Origin: Candidatus Omnitrophota bacterium
GTDB lineage: Bacteria > Omnitrophota > Gorgyraeia > Zapsychrales > Fredricksoniimonadaceae
Reading direction: 5' to 3'
NCBI GenBank assembly: GCA_903860135.1
Contig: CAIOPG010000009.1
Location: forward strand, 37,916 to 101,915
Length of the DNA: 64,000 nt
In this document: positions 1 through 10,176 of the stretch, piece after piece
How positions within the stretch are numbered: the stretch's first letter is position 1
Layout of the letters: the number at the start of each line of letters is the position of its first letter
Position numbers and translations under genes: made by a program
The notes under the pieces: model-generated
Seen by the model: the letters and a program-made list of their open reading frames with translations, nothing else
Databases searched by the model: none
What the model was told of the DNA's origin: nothing

Positions 1-2
1 AT

Positions 3-1646
3 AAGAAAACAACCCCGTTATTTACGGACACCCTTGAACTGGATCTTGGATCCATTGAGCCCTGTGTTGCCGGCCCCAAACGTCCGCAGGATCGTGTGCG
101 CCTTGCCGCATTGAAAGACAGCTTCGCCGCGGCATTAACAGCTCCCGTCGGCCACAGGGGTTTTGGCGTGACAGCAGCGGCTGGCACGGCAACGGAAAGG
201 ATCGGCCGATCCAAAGACAGTATCACCCACGGCAGTGTGGTCCTGGCGGCGATCACCAGCTGTACGAACACATCCAATCCGTCGGTGCTTATCGGTGCCG
301 GCTTGCTGGCTAAAAAAGCCGTGGCCAAAGGGCTCTCCGTTAAGAAATTTGTGAAGACATCGCTGACACCCGGATCGCAGGTCGTCGATGCATATTTGAG
401 AAAGAGCGGCCTGATGCAAAGCCTCGAAGCACTTGGTTTTCATAATGCCGGTTACGGCTGTGCCACCTGCATCGGTAACAGCGGACCTTTGCCTGAAGCC
501 GTGGCCGCGGCTATCGAAAGAGGGAACCTCGTGGCTGTCAGCGTCACGTCGGGCAACCGTAATTTTGAAGGGCGGATCAATCCGCATGTCAAAGCCAATT
601 ACCTGGCTTCGCCCATGCTGGTGGTGGCTTTGGCGATAGCAGGAACGGTAAAGATAGATCTTTTTAACGAACCCCTGGGCTTTAACGCTAAAGGTAAAGC
701 TGTTTTCCTGAAAGACATCTGGCCGGCACAGCAAGACATTGCCCGGGCTGTGAAGAAATATGTAACCGCCAGCGTATTCAGCGGCAAATACAAGAAGGCC
801 ATCGAGGGCAGTCAGCATTGGAAGAATATCAAAGAATTGAAGACCGAACTTTACCCCTGGGATCACAAAAGTTCCTATATCCAGCAACCGCCATATTTTG
901 AAGCCATGGGCGACGGGCTTAAAGAGGTCAAGGCTATTGCCGGCGCACGGTGCCTTGTCATGGCCGGTGATTCGATCACGACCGACCATATTTCTCCGGC
1001 AGGCAATATTTCACGATCGTCTCCGGCAGGGCAGTACCTTCAGGGGCTGGGTATCGCTCCGGCTGATTTCAACAGTTATGGCGCACGCCGCGGGAATGAC
1101 CGGGTGATGAGCCGCGGGACTTTTGCCAATATCCGGCTGTGCAATAAACTGGCTCCTGGCACCGAAGGCGCATGGACAACCCATTTTCCGACGGGCGACA
1201 AATTGAGCATCTTCGATGCTTCTTGCCGCTACAAGAAAGATGGTGTTCCGCTGATCATCATCGCCGGCAAGGAATACGGCACAGGCTCGAGCCGCGACTG
1301 GGCCGCCAAAGGGCCTGCTCTTTTAGGGATCAATGCGGTCATCGCGGAAAGTTTCGAACGGATCCATCGTTCCAATCTCGCCGGCATGGGCATCCTTCCG
1401 CTCCAGTTCAAATCAGGTGACACGGCCGATACGCTCGGGCTTTCCGGCACCGAAACTTTTGATATTTCGGGCTTAGACAACAACCTTAAACCGCGCCAGG
1501 AACTGACAGTCAAGGCCACAATTTCAAATGGCAACGTCAAGCAATTCAATGTCATTGTCAGGCTCGACACACCGGTCGAGATTGATTATTACCGTCATGG
1601 GGGCATCTTGCAGACGGTCTTACGCCAATTGGCCGCTTCAGCTTAA
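3..1646 (+). CDS. acnA: Aconitate hydratase A, 5'-truncated by the window edge
   Basis: Frame open from base 3 (..[11 protein letters not shown]..). AcnA motifs [56 protein letters not shown]. Confidence 0.96.
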   Translation, partial: KKTTPLFTDTLELDLGSIEPCVAGPKRPQDRVRLAALKDSFAAALTAPVGHRGFGVTAAAGTATERIGRSKDSITHGSVVLAAITSCTNTSNPSVLIGAGLLAKKAVAKGLSVKKFVKTSLTPGSQVVDAYLRKSGLMQSLEALGFHNAGYGCATCIGNSGPLPEAVAAAIERGNLVAVSVTSGNRNFEGRINPHVKANYLASPMLVVALAIAGTVKIDLFNEPLGFNAKGKAVFLKDIWPAQQDIARAVKKYVTASVFSGKYKKAIEGSQHWKNIKELKTELYPWDHKSSYIQQPPYFEAMGDGLKEVKAIAGARCLVMAGDSITTDHISPAGNISRSSPAGQYLQGLGIAPADFNSYGARRGNDRVMSRGTFANIRLCNKLAPGTEGAWTTHFPTGDKLSIFDASCRYKKDGVPLIIIAGKEYGTGSSRDWAAKGPALLGINAVIAESFERIHRSNLAGMGILPLQFKSGDTADTLGLSGTETFDISGLDNNLKPRQELTVKATISNGNVKQFNVIVRLDTPVEIDYYRHGGILQTVLRQLAASA

Positions 1647-1665
1647 ATCGCACAGAGGAGTTATT

Positions 1666-3075
1666 ATGGGTAAAACAATGTATCAGAAAATTTGGGACGC
1701 TCACCTTGTCCACGAGGGGCAGGGAACAGCTTCTTTATTGTATGTCGACCGTCATCTTGTCCATGAAGTGACAAGCCCGCAGGCTTTTGAAGGCTTGCGC
1801 ATGGCCGGGCGCAAGGTGCGCTGTCCGCAAAAGACATTCGCGACCATGGACCACAATGTGCCCACGCGCAGCCGTGACCTTGCGACGACAAAAGAAGTTT
1901 CACGTGTTCAGTTGACGCAGTTGAAAAAGAATTGTGATGAATTCGGGGTCAAATGTTACGACCTCAATGATGACGATCAGGGTGTGGTGCATATCATCGG
2001 GCCGGAGATGGGGCTGACCCAGCCGGGCATGATCATCGTGTGCGGCGATTCTCACACCGCGACACATGGCGCTTTCGGCGCTTTGGCTTTTGGCATTGGT
2101 ACTTCCGAGGTTGAGCATGTCATGGCCACCCAAACCCTTCAGCAAAAACTGTCCAAGACCATGCTGATCAATATCAATGGTGTTTTGGGCAACGGGGTAA
2201 CACCTAAAGATGTTATTTTATATGTGATCGGACTGATCGGTACAGCCGGTGCCACAGGCTACATCATTGAATACGCCGGGAATGTTATCCGTCAGATGAG
2301 CATGGAAGGCCGCATGACCATTTGCAATATGTCCATTGAAGCGGGGGCGCGCGCCGGGATGATCGCGCCCGATGACAAGACCTTCACCTATTTGCAAGGC
2401 CGTGATCATTCTCCCAAAGGGGATCACTGGGTCAAAGCGATCGCCTGGTGGAAAAGCCTGACCAGTGATACCGACGCTGTTTTTGATCATGTGCTCAACA
2501 TCAAGGCTGAAGCCATTGCTCCCCAGGTCACCTGGGGGACAAGCCCCGGCCAGGTCATAGCTGTTGATGCGCTTGTCCCGGATCCGGCGCAATTTAAAGA
2601 TACCGCCGAGAAGACGGCGGCGATAAACGCCCTGCGCTATATGGGGCTTGAGGCGGGCATGAAGATCACGGATATCAAGATAGATGTTGTCTTTATCGGA
2701 TCGTGCACCAACGGCCGCATTGAAGACTTGCGCGCGGCGGCGGCGGTTCTTAAAGGCAGGAAAGTTTCGCCTGGGGTGCAGGCCCTTATTGTTCCCGGTT
2801 CGGGCCGGGTCAAGCGGTATGCCGAGCGTGAAGGGCTGGACAAGATCTTTACCGATGCCGGTTGTGAATGGCGTTATGCCGGCTGTTCCATGTGCCTGGC
2901 CATGAATGATGATTACCTGACACCCGGCCAGCGCAGTGCCTCGACGTCCAACCGTAACTTTGAAGGGCGCCAGGGTCCTGGCGGGCGCACGCACCTGGTA
3001 AGCCCAGAAATGGCTGCCGCTGCCGCGATCACAGGACATATTACGGATATCAGAGAATTCACCCACAGAGGATGA
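1666..3075 (+). CDS. leuC: 3-isopropylmalate dehydratase large subunit
   Basis: [50 protein letters not shown] 1666 follows GAGGAG. Confidence 0.97.
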   Translation: MGKTMYQKIWDAHLVHEGQGTASLLYVDRHLVHEVTSPQAFEGLRMAGRKVRCPQKTFATMDHNVPTRSRDLATTKEVSRVQLTQLKKNCDEFGVKCYDLNDDDQGVVHIIGPEMGLTQPGMIIVCGDSHTATHGAFGALAFGIGTSEVEHVMATQTLQQKLSKTMLININGVLGNGVTPKDVILYVIGLIGTAGATGYIIEYAGNVIRQMSMEGRMTICNMSIEAGARAGMIAPDDKTFTYLQGRDHSPKGDHWVKAIAWWKSLTSDTDAVFDHVLNIKAEAIAPQVTWGTSPGQVIAVDALVPDPAQFKDTAEKTAAINALRYMGLEAGMKITDIKIDVVFIGSCTNGRIEDLRAAAAVLKGRKVSPGVQALIVPGSGRVKRYAEREGLDKIFTDAGCEWRYAGCSMCLAMNDDYLTPGQRSASTSNRNFEGRQGPGGRTHLVSPEMAAAAAITGHITDIREFTHRG

Positions 3076-3689
3076 CCATGGAACCTTTTACGATGTTGAC
3101 CAGTATTGCTGTACCGATTGATCGTTCCAATGTTGATACCGATGCGATCATCCCCAAACAGTTCTTGAAAAAGATCGAACGCACGGGCTTCGGGAAGCAT
3201 TTGTTCCATGAGTGGCGTTACACCGACTATGAAGGAACCAGGGAGAACCCTGATTTTATCCTTAACAAGCCGCCTTTCCGTTCGGCCAAGATCCTTCTGG
3301 CACGCGATAATTTTGGTTGCGGGTCATCGCGTGAACATGCCCCCTGGGCCCTTTATGACTTTGGGTTCCGGTGCATTATTGCGCCTAGCTTTGCGGATAT
3401 TTTTTATAATAACTGCATCAAGAACGGGATCCTTCCCGTTACTTTGAAGAATGAAGAAATGGATGAACTTTTTGCTGTCGCGGCTTTTGGTAAATCCGGC
3501 CTGATCGCCGTGGATCTGGACAAACAGGTTGTCGGCGCCGCCGGGATGAAATTCGCATTTCAGGTAGAGCCGTTCAATAAAGACTGCCTTTTGAAAGGGC
3601 TTGATCAGATCGGCTGGTCACTCCAGTACGCCGAGAAGATCAATGCATTTGAAGCAGGTATCGCAGGATCAAAGCCCTGGCTTCAATAA
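3072..3689 (+). CDS. leuD: 3-isopropylmalate dehydratase small subunit
   Basis: [37 protein letters not shown]; coupled to leuC. Confidence 0.97.
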   Translation: MTMEPFTMLTSIAVPIDRSNVDTDAIIPKQFLKKIERTGFGKHLFHEWRYTDYEGTRENPDFILNKPPFRSAKILLARDNFGCGSSREHAPWALYDFGFRCIIAPSFADIFYNNCIKNGILPVTLKNEEMDELFAVAAFGKSGLIAVDLDKQVVGAAGMKFAFQVEPFNKDCLLKGLDQIGWSLQYAEKINAFEAGIAGSKPWLQ

Positions 3690-3713
3690 CCAGCATGCGC
3701 AGATGAGGCTTTT

Positions 3714-4784
3714 ATGGCAGGCAATACTTTTGGGAATATCTTTCGTGTTACGACCTTTGGCGAAAGCCATGGGAAGGCTATTGGCTGTGTGATCGACGGG
3801 GTGCCGCCGAACATCATTCTTTCTGAAAAAGATATACAGCCTGATCTTGACCGCCGTCAACCCGGCCAAAGCGCCGTGACAACAGCCCGGCAGGAAAAAG
3901 ACCAGGTTGAAATTCTTTCCGGTGTCCTTGAAGGACGGACAACAGGAACATCCCTGGCGATGATCATCCGCAATAATGATCAGCATTCTGCGGATTATGC
4001 GGCCATCAAGGATGTCTTTCGTCCGGGGCACGCGGATTATACTTATTTCAAGAAATTCGGCATCCGCGACCATCGCGGCGGTGGCAGGTCATCGGGCCGC
4101 GAAACAGCCGCCCGTGTGGCCGCCGGCGCTGTGGCTAGGAAAATTCTGGCGCTGGAAGGTGTCCGTATCCTGGCGTATACCCTTTCCGTCGGTGATGTCC
4201 GTGCGGAAAGCATCAATTATGATGTCATTGAACAGAATATCGTTCGTTCACCGGATATGCGCCAGGCCCAGGCCATGATCGCCAGGATCAACGCGGTGAA
4301 AGAAAGTGGCGATTCTATCGGCGGTATTGTGGAAGGTGTCATCCTGGGTTGTCCCGCCGGCTGGGGGGATCCTGTTTTTGATAAACTTGAGGCCAGGCTT
4401 GCCTACGCCATGCTTTCTATCGGCGCCGTGAAAGGGATCGAGTTCGGGGCAGGGTTTGCTGCGGCCGCGATGACAGGGTCTGAGCACAATGACACGCCGG
4501 TCATTGAAGATACCTATCTTAAGACATCGAACAATCTGGCTGGCGGCATTGTCGGCGGTATCAGTACCGGCGAAGGGATCCGTTTCCGTCTTGCTGTCAA
4601 ACCAACCTCATCGATCGCGCGCCCGCAGATAGCGGCCTACAAGGATCTGGCCCTGCAATCCATCCAGATCCAGGGGCGCCATGATCCATGCCTTTGCCCG
4701 CGCATGGTCCCTGTTGTTGAGGCCATGGCCGCCCTGGTGCTGGTCGACGCTTTGCTAATGCAAAAGACAGTCCTTCCTTCATGA
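3714..4784 (+). CDS. aroC: Chorismate synthase
   Basis: GESHG, RPGHAD, GGRSSGRETA, KPTSSI, GRHDPC motifs. Confidence 0.97.
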   Translation: MAGNTFGNIFRVTTFGESHGKAIGCVIDGVPPNIILSEKDIQPDLDRRQPGQSAVTTARQEKDQVEILSGVLEGRTTGTSLAMIIRNNDQHSADYAAIKDVFRPGHADYTYFKKFGIRDHRGGGRSSGRETAARVAAGAVARKILALEGVRILAYTLSVGDVRAESINYDVIEQNIVRSPDMRQAQAMIARINAVKESGDSIGGIVEGVILGCPAGWGDPVFDKLEARLAYAMLSIGAVKGIEFGAGFAAAAMTGSEHNDTPVIEDTYLKTSNNLAGGIVGGISTGEGIRFRLAVKPTSSIARPQIAAYKDLALQSIQIQGRHDPCLCPRMVPVVEAMAALVLVDALLMQKTVLPS

Positions 4785-5656
4785 AGGCCTTGCGTCCGCG
4801 TGTTATCCTGATCACAGGCTGTTCGAGCGGCTTCGGCTTATTAACGGCCGCGAGGCTTTCTGCGGCGGGGCATCATGTCCATGCGTGCCTGCGCGACTTG
4901 AAGAAACGGGGGCCGCTCGAAGCTGAAACAGTCGCGCGTAAAGGTATGGCCAACCTTTTTATCCATCAGATGGACGTCGCGGATATTGCATCTGTAAAGG
5001 CCGCTGTGGCTGAAATCGTCGCGCACGAAGGTTTTATGGATGTCCTGATAAACAATGCGGGTTTTGGCATCGGAGGTTTTTTTGAAGACCTTTCCGACGC
5101 AGACTGGCGCCAGCAGTTCGACACCAATTTTTTCGGTGTCCTTAATGTCACACGCGCGGTCCTTCCGTTGATGCGTCAACGCCGCTGTGGCCGTATCATC
5201 AATATATCGAGCATGGCCGCATTTTCAGGGTCTCCGGCGTTCAGTGCTTATGTGTCGAGCAAGTGGGCCCTCGAAGGCTTTTCAGAATGTCTTTATATGG
5301 AATTAAAACCTTTCGGCATTGACGTTGTTTTGGTTGAACCCGGTTCTTACCGTACCGGGATATTTGATCAAAATGCCCGTTATGCCCAATATTTTTTTGA
5401 TCAGAAAAGCCCTTATTACCCGATGAGCCAGCGCTTAAAGGCGTTCATCGAGAAATATATCCGCCGCTCCCTCCGTTCACCCGAAGAAGTGGCGGTTGTT
5501 CTTGAAAAGCTTTCCACAAGTCCTCATGTCAGCTTCCGTCATGTCATCGGCCTCGTGTCCCGGTTACGCTGTTGGACTGTGCGGCATATGCCGTTCAAGT
5601 TCTATGCCTGGATGCTCGGTAAAATATTTCTCAGCCGCCCTAAACCGCATGACTGA
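4781..5656 (+). CDS. Short-chain dehydrogenase/reductase
   Basis: TGCSSGFG, NNAG and YVSSK (YxxxK) motifs. Confidence 0.92.
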   Translation: MKALRPRVILITGCSSGFGLLTAARLSAAGHHVHACLRDLKKRGPLEAETVARKGMANLFIHQMDVADIASVKAAVAEIVAHEGFMDVLINNAGFGIGGFFEDLSDADWRQQFDTNFFGVLNVTRAVLPLMRQRRCGRIINISSMAAFSGSPAFSAYVSSKWALEGFSECLYMELKPFGIDVVLVEPGSYRTGIFDQNARYAQYFFDQKSPYYPMSQRLKAFIEKYIRRSLRSPEEVAVVLEKLSTSPHVSFRHVIGLVSRLRCWTVRHMPFKFYAWMLGKIFLSRPKPHD

Positions 5657-7838
5657 ACCAGCCTCATTCCTTCACCGCTGTTCGCTGGTCAAAAGGATAC
5701 CTGTCTTTTCCGGGTTGAGCTGGTTCCGTGTGCAGTCCATTGCCAGATCCGGCGAGATCATATTGTACAAGAAAGGGGACATTGTTTCCCGCAAAGGCAA
5801 TGCGCCCGACTTTGTCTATTTCCTTGATTCCGGCCGTTTGCAGTCATACTCGCCAGATGCTTCGGGCGGGAAAGATGATATTGAATTCATTCACCGCGGC
5901 ATGTTCTTCGGGATCATTTCCACCTTGACGGGGCAGGAACATTCCCAGACGTTTGAAGCCATCAATGATTCCATCATTTTCCGCATTCCGTTCACAGCTT
6001 TCCGGCGGTTGCTCAAACAGGCTCCGCGGCTGGGCATCAAATTCAGCAAGATCCTTTCCCAGCGCATCCGCAGCAAGCTCACACGCACGGAACTGGTGAG
6101 CCGCAGTACCATCATTTCAGTTTATGCGCCTATCGCCGGTTCGGGCGGATCTACGTATGCCGTCAATCTGGCGCTGAGCCTTTCCAAGGAAACAGGGCGA
6201 CGGGTGATATGGGTCAGTATCCGTTCCAGGCATTTTCCACCTTACACGGCGGTATCTGATATCAGCGAAGTCCGCCCGGCGTGGACCCGCGATCCTTTGG
6301 ATATCATCGCCCTTGCCGATAATTTTGAACTTATCCCCGGGCATATCATTAAAAGCGATGCCGGCATTGACCTTTTGAACGTGGTTTTTGACCCGAAAGA
6401 CCCTTCCATTGTTGAACATATCAGTGAGTTTATCAGCCGTTTCATTGATGAATACCGTTATGTGGTTCTTGATCTGCCCAGTGATATGGATGCTGTTGTC
6501 ATTAAAACGCTGTCGCAATCTGATCTTGTTCATCTCGTGATGGTGCGTAAACGCGAAGCCCTTGTGGTAGGCCGGGCTGTATTAGACAGGATCGAAGATT
6601 CTTTCAAAGATGGTTTTACCGAAGACCGCGTCAAGGTCATTATCGGCGGCGTGAGTGCCCACCGCAACATTGTCGAAGAAACGGTGCGCAGCCTTCTGGA
6701 TTATAAGGTTACAGGTTTTCTTCCGCATATCCAGCGCAAGGATTTCAGCGGGCAGGTCGATCTCGGGGCTGTTTCTTTCATGGGGCTTGATCCCGTGAGC
6801 CCCTACCGCAAGGTTGTTACCCGTATCGCGCGCGACATCTCGGGCGTATCGATCGGCCTTGTGCTCGGCGGCGGTGCCGCCTTTGGCCTGGCGCATATCG
6901 GCGTGCTCAAGGTCCTTGAAGAAGAAGGGATCCCTGTGGATATTGTAGCCGGGAGTTCGATGGGGGCATTGATCGGCAGTCTCTGGGCATCCGGTTACAA
7001 GGCCGCTGACATTGAAAAGATGGCTTTTGAATTCAGGAAAAGGTCCAATCTGATCAAATTGATCGATCTGGTCATCCCTGTTTCAGGTATTATCAGCGGT
7101 AAAGCCGTGATGTCCTGGCTGCGCGGCAAACTCGGCAAACGCACATTCCGCGATACCAAGATCCCGCTGAAAATTGTTGCCTATGACCTCATGCATCGCC
7201 GGGACCTGATCTTCAGTGAAGGTTCGATCATTGAGGCCATACGTAAAAGCATATCGATCCCCGGTGTTTTTCAACCCGTTATTTCCAAGGATCAGCTGAT
7301 CATCGATGGCGGCGTCATGAACCCGTTGCCAACCGATGTCCTGATCCATGCCGGTGTCAAACGCATCATTGCGGTGAATGTGCTTCAGTCGCCCGAAGAT
7401 GTTATCAAGGGTTACGAAAAAACAAGCCGCGAACTGGAGAAGTCACTGCAAGTGCAATTCATGCATGCCCCCCTGGAATACATCACCATCCACATCAAGT
7501 TATGGCTCAGCCGTAAATTCTTTCCCAATATCTCCGACATCATGGTGCGCACCCTTGAAGCTTCCGAAAGCACCCTGGCCGTCCAGAGTGGTCGGGCCGC
7601 CGATGTCCTGATCCATCCTGATCTGTCAGGCCTCAACTGGTACGACCTTCATCAAGCCGAGCTCCTGATCAACCAAGGCGAAGCCGCCGCCCGCGCCAGC
7701 CTCGATCAATTGAGACGCATCGTGACGCATCCGGGACCAGATAACCGAAAAAATATTAGTGTCAGGTCTCCCGAAAGTCAAAATATTAATATTAGTGTCA
7801 CGAATATTAGTGTCAGGTCTCCCGAAAGTCATATGTAA
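5649..7838 (+). CDS. cNMP-binding + degenerate P-loop + patatin-like phospholipase (NTE/RssA-like)
   Basis: N-terminal cNMP-like segment (G..FFG), MinD/CpaE-like GSGGST..NLA, patatin GGGAAFG, GSSMG and DGG. ATG 5649 overlaps the SDR end. Confidence 0.85.
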   Translation: MTEPASFLHRCSLVKRIPVFSGLSWFRVQSIARSGEIILYKKGDIVSRKGNAPDFVYFLDSGRLQSYSPDASGGKDDIEFIHRGMFFGIISTLTGQEHSQTFEAINDSIIFRIPFTAFRRLLKQAPRLGIKFSKILSQRIRSKLTRTELVSRSTIISVYAPIAGSGGSTYAVNLALSLSKETGRRVIWVSIRSRHFPPYTAVSDISEVRPAWTRDPLDIIALADNFELIPGHIIKSDAGIDLLNVVFDPKDPSIVEHISEFISRFIDEYRYVVLDLPSDMDAVVIKTLSQSDLVHLVMVRKREALVVGRAVLDRIEDSFKDGFTEDRVKVIIGGVSAHRNIVEETVRSLLDYKVTGFLPHIQRKDFSGQVDLGAVSFMGLDPVSPYRKVVTRIARDISGVSIGLVLGGGAAFGLAHIGVLKVLEEEGIPVDIVAGSSMGALIGSLWASGYKAADIEKMAFEFRKRSNLIKLIDLVIPVSGIISGKAVMSWLRGKLGKRTFRDTKIPLKIVAYDLMHRRDLIFSEGSIIEAIRKSISIPGVFQPVISKDQLIIDGGVMNPLPTDVLIHAGVKRIIAVNVLQSPEDVIKGYEKTSRELEKSLQVQFMHAPLEYITIHIKLWLSRKFFPNISDIMVRTLEASESTLAVQSGRAADVLIHPDLSGLNWYDLHQAELLINQGEAAARASLDQLRRIVTHPGPDNRKNISVRSPESQNINISVTNISVRSPESHM
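7752..7831 (+). repeat. Direct repeat AATATTAGTGTCAGGTCTCCCGAAAGTCA x2 plus a partial copy
   Basis: Full copies at 7752-7780 and 7803-7831; partial AATATTAGTGTCA at 7788-7800. Encodes NISVRSPES twice. Confidence 0.9.
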
Positions 7839-8108
7839 CAATAGCTTAAGTCTTAATCCTTGTTGATGATGTGCCGTAATAGACTTCGCGAAATAGGGTG
7901 CGGTATTTTTTTGTTGCGTCGAATTTGTGGGTAATATAAGATACGGCAGGATCAGGCTACCCCAGTCTGATGGAGAGAATAGAGTTAAGTGGTATTGAAT
8001 AGACTGCAAGTAGGTGGGGTTATCTGACCTTAAAGCCGTGTCGCAGAAATCAAATCGGATAACGATGTCTGATTTTAAGAACGCTGCTATCTGTTTGTAA
8101 AGCTTGAG

Positions 8109-8136
8109 GGGTTTGTTATCAGTAATTATAGGAAGT
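8109..8136 (-). other. Degenerate dif-like site (intact XerC arm only)
   Basis: TTATAGGAAGT at 8126-8136 is identical to the arm at 9161-9171 and 19241-19251. The central region and the other arm differ. Confidence 0.55.
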
Positions 8137-8228
8137 TTATCGGCAATTTATTGGCAATTCGTCGGCAATAAGGTATAAATGCTTATTTCTGTTTAAATCT
8201 ACCGTGATGATGGTGTTGCATTACCCAC

Positions 8229-8257
8229 TTGTTACATATGTCATAGTGTGTTATATT
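8229..8257 (+). promoter_or_regulatory. Putative sigma70 promoter of the TA operon
   Basis: TTGTTA-17 bp-TATATT with a TGn extension; AAGGAG RBS at 8272-8277. Confidence 0.5.
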
Positions 8258-8285
8258 CTTACTGGATAAGAAAGGAGTATTGATT

Positions 8286-8528
8286 ATGCTACTGACAATA
8301 GATTCTCGTAAAAGGATCCCACTAGGCAAGGTTCTTCTAGACACGGATGTTACTTTGTTTGACGCCAAGGTCGACGATAGCGGAAGGATCATCCTAGAGC
8401 CTATGCGCGCAGTTCCCGAAAGGGAGGCGTGGTTATACCAGAATCCCAAGGCTCTGGATTCCGTGATGATGGGACTCAAGGACTCTACCGAAGGACGGGT
8501 TAAGACTTATATCTCAAAAGAGAAATAG
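8286..8528 (+). CDS. AbrB/MazE-like antitoxin
   Basis: LTIDSRKRIPL..GRIILEP swapped-hairpin pattern; directly upstream of a toxin-like gene; RBS AAGGAG. Confidence 0.65.
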   Translation: MLLTIDSRKRIPLGKVLLDTDVTLFDAKVDDSGRIILEPMRAVPEREAWLYQNPKALDSVMMGLKDSTEGRVKTYISKEK

Positions 8529-8530
8529 AT

Positions 8531-8821
8531 ATGTTCAAGGTCTTAACCACGATAACATTCGACGAAGAGTTTGCCGCATTGCGTCAGCAGAGGTCTATGG
8601 TTGCCAGGGTCAAGGCGATTGAAAAAACGCTTAAGTTATTGTCTAACCCAAGGCATCCTGGTCTTCAAACGCATGAGTTTACTTCACTCAAGGGTCCTAA
8701 CGGTGCCAAGGTCTTTGAGGCGTATGCCCAGCAGAATACACCCGCAGCTTACAGAGTGTTTTGGCATTACGGCCCTGGCCGGAACGAGATCACAGTCGTT
8801 GCCTTTACGTCCCATCCGTGA
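8531..8821 (+). CDS. RelE/ParE-superfamily toxin-like protein
   Basis: 96 aa; LSNPRHPGLQTH...VFEAY...YRVFW...ITVV..HP pattern typical of RelE-fold mRNA interferases. Confidence 0.7.
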   Translation: MFKVLTTITFDEEFAALRQQRSMVARVKAIEKTLKLLSNPRHPGLQTHEFTSLKGPNGAKVFEAYAQQNTPAAYRVFWHYGPGRNEITVVAFTSHP

Positions 8822-8871
8822 AATAGTGACTGTTACAAATCGGTGGGACACGTACGGAATACCCACATTAA

Positions 8872-9039
8872 CACCCCAGCCTTCAAACGCATCAATATCA
8901 TTCAGTTTTTGGTCCTGGCGGAGAGAAGGTTTTTGAAGCTTATGCCGAGAACAATACGCCGGTGGCGTATAGAATTTTATTTTATTACGGCCATGTCCGC
9001 AGTGAAATTGATATTCTAATGATCGTTCCGCACCCTTAA
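8872..9039 (+). pseudogene. 5'-truncated paralogue of the RelE-like toxin
   Basis: Translates HPSLQTHQYHSVFGPGGEKVFEAYAENNTPVAYRILFYYGHVRSEIDILMIVPHP*, colinear with the toxin C-terminal half. An in-frame TAA lies just before it and there is no start codon. Confidence 0.85.
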
Positions 9040-9143
9040 TAAAATAGGGGATGGATGAAATTTCAAACGGATACGTATAATTTTGATGGTGAAGCCTCCA
9101 GGCAACCTAATGCGTATTACTCTGATTGCTCCCGCACAGTCGT

Positions 9144-9171
9144 ACTTAACATAACATATATTATAGGAAGT
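9144..9171 (-). other. dif: Chromosomal dif site (XerC/XerD), also the provirus attL
   Basis: Minus strand reads ACTTCCTATAA-TATATG-TTATGTTAAGT (11-6-11). XerC arm resembles B. subtilis ACTTCCTAGAA; XerD arm resembles E. coli TTATGTTAAAT. Confidence 0.92.
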
Positions 9172-9217
9172 TCGTAATATAGCGATCTAGCGTAAAAGAA
9201 ACGGTAAAACGCTAGAC

Positions 9218-9877
9218 ATGCACACGCAAAACGATACAAGACACAAAACAAGCCTCAAAAAAGATTTCATCCCCACTTGGATCGAAGATCTATCCCTCCT
9301 AAAAGAATCAAACGCCTCAACCTTTGCCGTTTATCACGTTTTAAAGTTTTATGCCGTAGAATCCCCCACATTTGAGATCCACAAGATAACCGAAGGCGAC
9401 ATCCACGCTCAAACAGGACTTGAGCATAAAACCATCCGCAGGGCTCTTAACAAGCTTGAAAAGCTTGAAAAGATCATACGGATCGGATATTGCCGATACC
9501 GATTAGTTAATTTCTTTAAGTTTTCCACAACTTCGGGCAAAATGCCCGAACCTACCCAAAACCACTTCGGGCAAAATGCCCGAACCACTTCGGGCAAAAT
9601 GCCCGACAACTTCGGGCAAAATGCCCGCCCACTTCGGACAGAATGCCCGAACCCCTTATATTTTAATAGAAACGTAGACAGAGATTTAAAAGAGAGGTCT
9701 GGTGATAAATCACCAATCGAACAGCAAGAACATAACTGGTTGCGTATGCAATACCCGTTTCGTGATCGTGAAGGGTTAAAACAGCATTTAGTTAATAGAG
9801 GCTATTCAGAGCATGACGCAACGATGTTTATGGAAAGTTTTTATCAAGAATATACAGGAAAGGCTGGTGGCAAATGA
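9218..9877 (+). CDS. Phage replication initiator (N-terminal wHTH, internal iterons; lambda O-like organisation)
   Basis: wHTH-like ITEGDIHAQTGLEHKTIRRALNKLEKLEKI, followed by a repeat-encoded linker. Confidence 0.7.
   Translation: MHTQNDTRHKTSLKKDFIPTWIEDLSLLKESNASTFAVYHVLKFYAVESPTFEIHKITEGDIHAQTGLEHKTIRRALNKLEKLEKIIRIGYCRYRLVNFFKFSTTSGKMPEPTQNHFGQNARTTSGKMPDNFGQNARPLRTECPNPLYFNRNVDRDLKERSGDKSPIEQQEHNWLRMQYPFRDREGLKQHLVNRGYSEHDATMFMESFYQEYTGKAGGK
9530..9672 (+). repeat. Iteron array and AT-rich tract: putative phage origin
   Basis: Five copies of ACTTCGGGCAAAATGCCCGA starting at 9530, 9564, 9587, 9609 and 9631 (last two with mismatches). Each contains the inverted repeat TCGGGCA-N3-TGCCCGA. 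TTATATTTTAATAGAAA follows. Confidence 0.85.
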
Positions 9878-10176
9878 CAGGAACACAGGTTTGTATGGAA
9901 TTTGACGGAAAAACGTTTGAAAGGAACATGGACGGCCAAAGGCTACGGACACAGCTTGAGCAAGTCTTTGATCTGATGAAAGACGCCTCTTGGCGAACAT
10001 TGCAAGAGATCGCACTTCTTTCCGGTTGTCCAGAGGCATCAATTTCCGCAAGGCTTCGAGATCTCCGCAAGGCAAAGTTTGGCAAGCACAACGTCAACCG
10101 CCGCAGACGTCCGTTGCATGACATTTTCGGGGTTTGGGAATATCAGCTTTTAACGGCTTATAACGGGCTTTATTGA
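9874..10176 (+). CDS. Phage winged-helix DNA-binding protein
   Basis: WRTLQEIALLSGCPEASISARLRDLRK HTH pattern; ATGA overlap with rep. Confidence 0.7.
   Translation: MTGTQVCMEFDGKTFERNMDGQRLRTQLEQVFDLMKDASWRTLQEIALLSGCPEASISARLRDLRKAKFGKHNVNRRRRPLHDIFGVWEYQLLTAYNGLY

Noticed and set aside
135-989. Long antisense ORFs (also 2218-3066, 33990-34571 and many opposite the giant gene)
   Set aside because: Shadow frames of well-supported genes, with no motifs of their own.
7626-8009. Minus-strand 127-aa ORF, possible transposase remnant
   Set aside because: No recognisable motifs; it partly reads through the repeat and overlaps the patatin gene.
9530-9650. Palindromic repeats as a CRISPR array
   Set aside because: Gaps are only 2-14 bp, the repeats lie inside an ORF, and there are no cas genes; they fit iterons better.
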